A stretch of DNA of 64,000 bases. It comes from Verrucomicrobiota bacterium. Its GTDB lineage: Bacteria > Verrucomicrobiota > Verrucomicrobiia > Opitutales > Seribacteraceae. The stretch is taken from positions 1 through 64,000 of the forward strand of contig JAQBYT010000014.1 of assembly GCA_027622665.1 (NCBI GenBank), given 5' to 3'. The notes beneath the pieces were generated by a model, which searched no databases, was not told where the DNA came from, and was given only the letters and a program-made list of their open reading frames with translations. Both the position numbers and the translations under genes were made by a program. Below, piece after piece: positions 61,878-64,000 of this stretch. The stretch's first letter is position 1. Every line of letters begins with the position of its first letter.

Positions 61878-62556
61878 GGAGGTAGAAATAGTCCCCATCT
61901 TGACGCGGACCTTGATTCGGATCGTATTGAGGGAAGCCCTTTTCGATCTTGCGAAAGGAGTCGTATCCAAGGCTCTCCAGGAGTTCGACCAATTCGATCC
62001 TTCCCTCATCTGGGAGGGTGATTTCGAGCGAGATTTGGGGGCGATGGCGTGCCAGCGTATCCTTCATTCCCTTCAAGGCATTCAGTTCGAAGCCCTCAAC
62101 ATCACATTTTAGAAAATCCAATCGGCTTAGCTTCACTTGCCGAGCATATGTGTCGAGCGGGAGCACCTTCACCGTTCTTGTTGAAGCCGGGGCGATTGAT
62201 TCGCCAAGAAGGCTTGCCTTTTCAGGATCCTTCGGGTCGTAGGACATTTCCATCCTTCCCTCGGAGTCTCCGGCAGCAAGGTTGTTTGCCTTAGCGTTCT
62301 TCAAGTTTCGCAAGGCATGCTCTAATGATTCAAATGTTTCTGGTACCGGTTCGAAGCAGTGTACATACCCGTGTTTCCCACATAGTTTCGAGAACAGGAC
62401 GGAAAAATATCCAATGTTTGCCCCAATATCGAAAATCACATCTCCTTTCTTAATGGATCGGAGGTAGAGCTGTTTCTCGAAATTAACGGAACTCTTCCAG
62501 GCGGAGAGCCAAGCATAGACATGCGGGAATCTAAGGAGCCAAGAAAACTTAGTCAC
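61852..62556 (-). CDS. FkbM family methyltransferase
   Basis: 'FDIGANIGY', 'FEPVP', 'LKCDVEGFE'; start placed at GTG 62556. Confidence 0.9.
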   Translation of the reverse strand: MTKFSWLLRFPHVYAWLSAWKSSVNFEKQLYLRSIKKGDVIFDIGANIGYFSVLFSKLCGKHGYVHCFEPVPETFESLEHALRNLKNAKANNLAAGDSEGRMEMSYDPKDPEKASLLGESIAPASTRTVKVLPLDTYARQVKLSRLDFLKCDVEGFELNALKGMKDTLARHRPQISLEITLPDEGRIELVELLESLGYDSFRKIEKGFPQYDPNQGPRQDGDYFYLHATSSLAT

Positions 62557-62947
62557 TCTTCTGCTTGTCGTGATGGAAGAAATGAAGGCATGAGGTTCTT
62601 GCTTTTTCGCGAAATCCGTTGCGGATGTAGATGTTAATCGCCGCCTCATTATGAGTCTCGGTCGTTATCTCAACAGACGAAACTTTTTCCATGGCGGCCT
62701 TGATCAGGGTATGCTCGACCAAACGAGAACCTATCCCTTTTCTTTTATCCAGCACTGAGACTAGGTCTATTTTGAGGCTGTCTTTTTGCCGGAGGGTAAT
62801 GCAGAGTCCCGACTGTAGGGAATAAACAGTTTTGTTTGGAAAAGAAAAGGAATTTTCAATCCACTTCGAGTAAAATCGGCTGATCGCGTCACTCGGGATC
62901 CGAGAGTCGAAACCTTCCATTCTGCCTTTTTCGATCGTCGGCTTCAT
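62549..62947 (-). CDS. GNAT acetyltransferase (WecD-like)
   Basis: 'RFYSKWIENS', 'RKGIGSRL', 'NEAAINIYIRNGF'. Confidence 0.75.
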   Translation of the reverse strand: MKPTIEKGRMEGFDSRIPSDAISRFYSKWIENSFSFPNKTVYSLQSGLCITLRQKDSLKIDLVSVLDKRKGIGSRLVEHTLIKAAMEKVSSVEITTETHNEAAINIYIRNGFREKARTSCLHFFHHDKQKSD

Positions 62948-63687
62948 TTTTCCAAGAATCGCCGGCTAATGCGGCGGGCAAGAGCTTTGGATAGGTTGCG
63001 TGCGGAGGTGTTGTCGATGTCCAGTTCCTCGGCTTTTTCGCGAAAGGAATCGGGATGGACGAGGTGAGCCCCGCCGAAGGAATGCTCGAGCGAGATCTCT
63101 TCGTCCGAGGCCTTATGTATGCGATTTTCGTAGAGAAAAAAGTTTTGGCGATACCACCAAGCGATGCGTTCGTCGTCCCAAAAGTGCGGGCGTAGGATAT
63201 CGAGCTGGGTGAAGCCGCAGTCTTGGAATTTCTCGGCCCAGTAGGCGGGTGGTCGTTCATTGAGATGGTGGAGTCCTCCTTGTCCCGGAATGGCGGCGGA
63301 GAAGAGAATTCGGTCAGAAAGGCGGGTTAGTTGACGAACCAAGTTGTCGGCGGCTTTTTCGTGCAGGTGCTCGGCGACTTCGAGACTCATGGCGAGGTCG
63401 AAGCGTTCACTTTCCGGGGCTTGAAAGGTCTCGATATCCAAGACGGTGAATTGTTCCTCGGGAATAAGGAGATCTTCTTTCTTTCCCCACGGCCCGTCGA
63501 AGCCGCGTATAGTTTCTACCCCGCGTTTTTTGAAGACTGAGAGCCATGCCCCTTCGGCGCTCCCGATGTCCACGACGGAGTGCGGGGAGAAACGTTCGAG
63601 GAGAAAGGGCACGAGGGCTTCGGCGGAGGAAAGAGCCGGGCGGGAACGCCGGGAGTAATATTGACTGTCGTAGTCTTTGTTAGGCAT
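62944..63687 (-). CDS. Class I SAM-dependent methyltransferase
   Basis: 'VVDIGSAEG', 'FDLAMSLEVAEHL', 'FSAAIPGQGG..H.NE', 'WWYRQN'; start at ATG 63687. Confidence 0.9.
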   Translation of the reverse strand: MPNKDYDSQYYSRRSRPALSSAEALVPFLLERFSPHSVVDIGSAEGAWLSVFKKRGVETIRGFDGPWGKKEDLLIPEEQFTVLDIETFQAPESERFDLAMSLEVAEHLHEKAADNLVRQLTRLSDRILFSAAIPGQGGLHHLNERPPAYWAEKFQDCGFTQLDILRPHFWDDERIAWWYRQNFFLYENRIHKASDEEISLEHSFGGAHLVHPDSFREKAEELDIDNTSARNLSKALARRISRRFLEK

Positions 63688-63697
63688 GGTCGATTTC

Positions 63698-64000
63698 CTA
63701 GGACAGTATGAGGGCGATGCGTTGAATCGTCGCTGACGGGGAAGCTTCTTGGGCCAAGGTACGAAGTTTGGAGTGCTCTTCCTCTGATGGAGGATCTGCA
63801 GTCGCCACACGGACACATCTTAGAAAAGATTTCTCGTCAGGGGCGATACTTACGAGTGGGGCATATTGCTCAACAGTGGGAATTGGAGAGCTGATGATCG
63901 GTTTTCCGAGAGCCGCGTATTCAAATAGTTTGTTTGGGCAACAGCCGGCGTTAAATCCTGAAGTCTTGTAGGGAATTATACAGGCATCCGCAGCGTGAGT
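63698..64000 (-). CDS. Glycosyltransferase family 4-like, 5'-partial at the window edge
   Basis: Manual translation 'ADACIIPY...PNKLFEYAALGKPIISS' to TAG at 63698. Confidence 0.85.
   Translation of the reverse strand, partial: THAADACIIPYKTSGFNAGCCPNKLFEYAALGKPIISSPIPTVEQYAPLVSIAPDEKSFLRCVRVATADPPSEEEHSKLRTLAQEASPSATIQRIALILS

Larger units (their letters stand above)
44793..64000 (-). other. Surface polysaccharide (EPS/capsule/O-antigen-like) biosynthesis cluster, continuing beyond the window
   Basis: About 20 co-oriented, tightly coupled genes for glycosyl-, methyl-, acyl- and amino-transferases. Confidence 0.9.

Overview
Gene-dense bacterial chromosomal window, mostly on the minus strand. 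Gene content and protein style suggest Verrucomicrobiota (Opitutales-like); this is an inference, not a search result. Bases 1-44 kb are core genes: mreBCD-mrdA (PBP2 runs off the left edge), lgt, a CNNM protein, gcvT, accB-accC-Asp23-AmaP-like, a long coupled run guaB-purA-nadC-birA-coaX-[GldAFG-like ABC]-DUF4340-AsmA-like, menC-menE, clpP, rpiB, a Fur-family-led sufCBD-sufT operon, alpha2-type glycyl-tRNA synthetase, yajC-secDF-recJ, mscS, msrB, a DEAD-box helicase and gluQ. Bases 44.8-64 kb are a mosaic surface-glycan cluster rich in glycosyl-, methyl- and acyl-transferases. Best leads: (1) PBP2 carries two roughly 100-aa inserts, one winged-helix-like and one Ig-like. (2) A recombination scar at about 58.33 kb joins two alternative GT9-[variable gene]-GT cassettes in tandem. 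(3) A GldAFG/DUF4340/AsmA module sits among lipid-precursor genes and is a candidate trans-envelope lipid system. (4) Probable CTG starts in CTGA overlaps, and two single-base frameshifts. I saw no tRNA, rRNA, CRISPR array or IS element. All product calls come from motif recognition by eye; no database searches were run.
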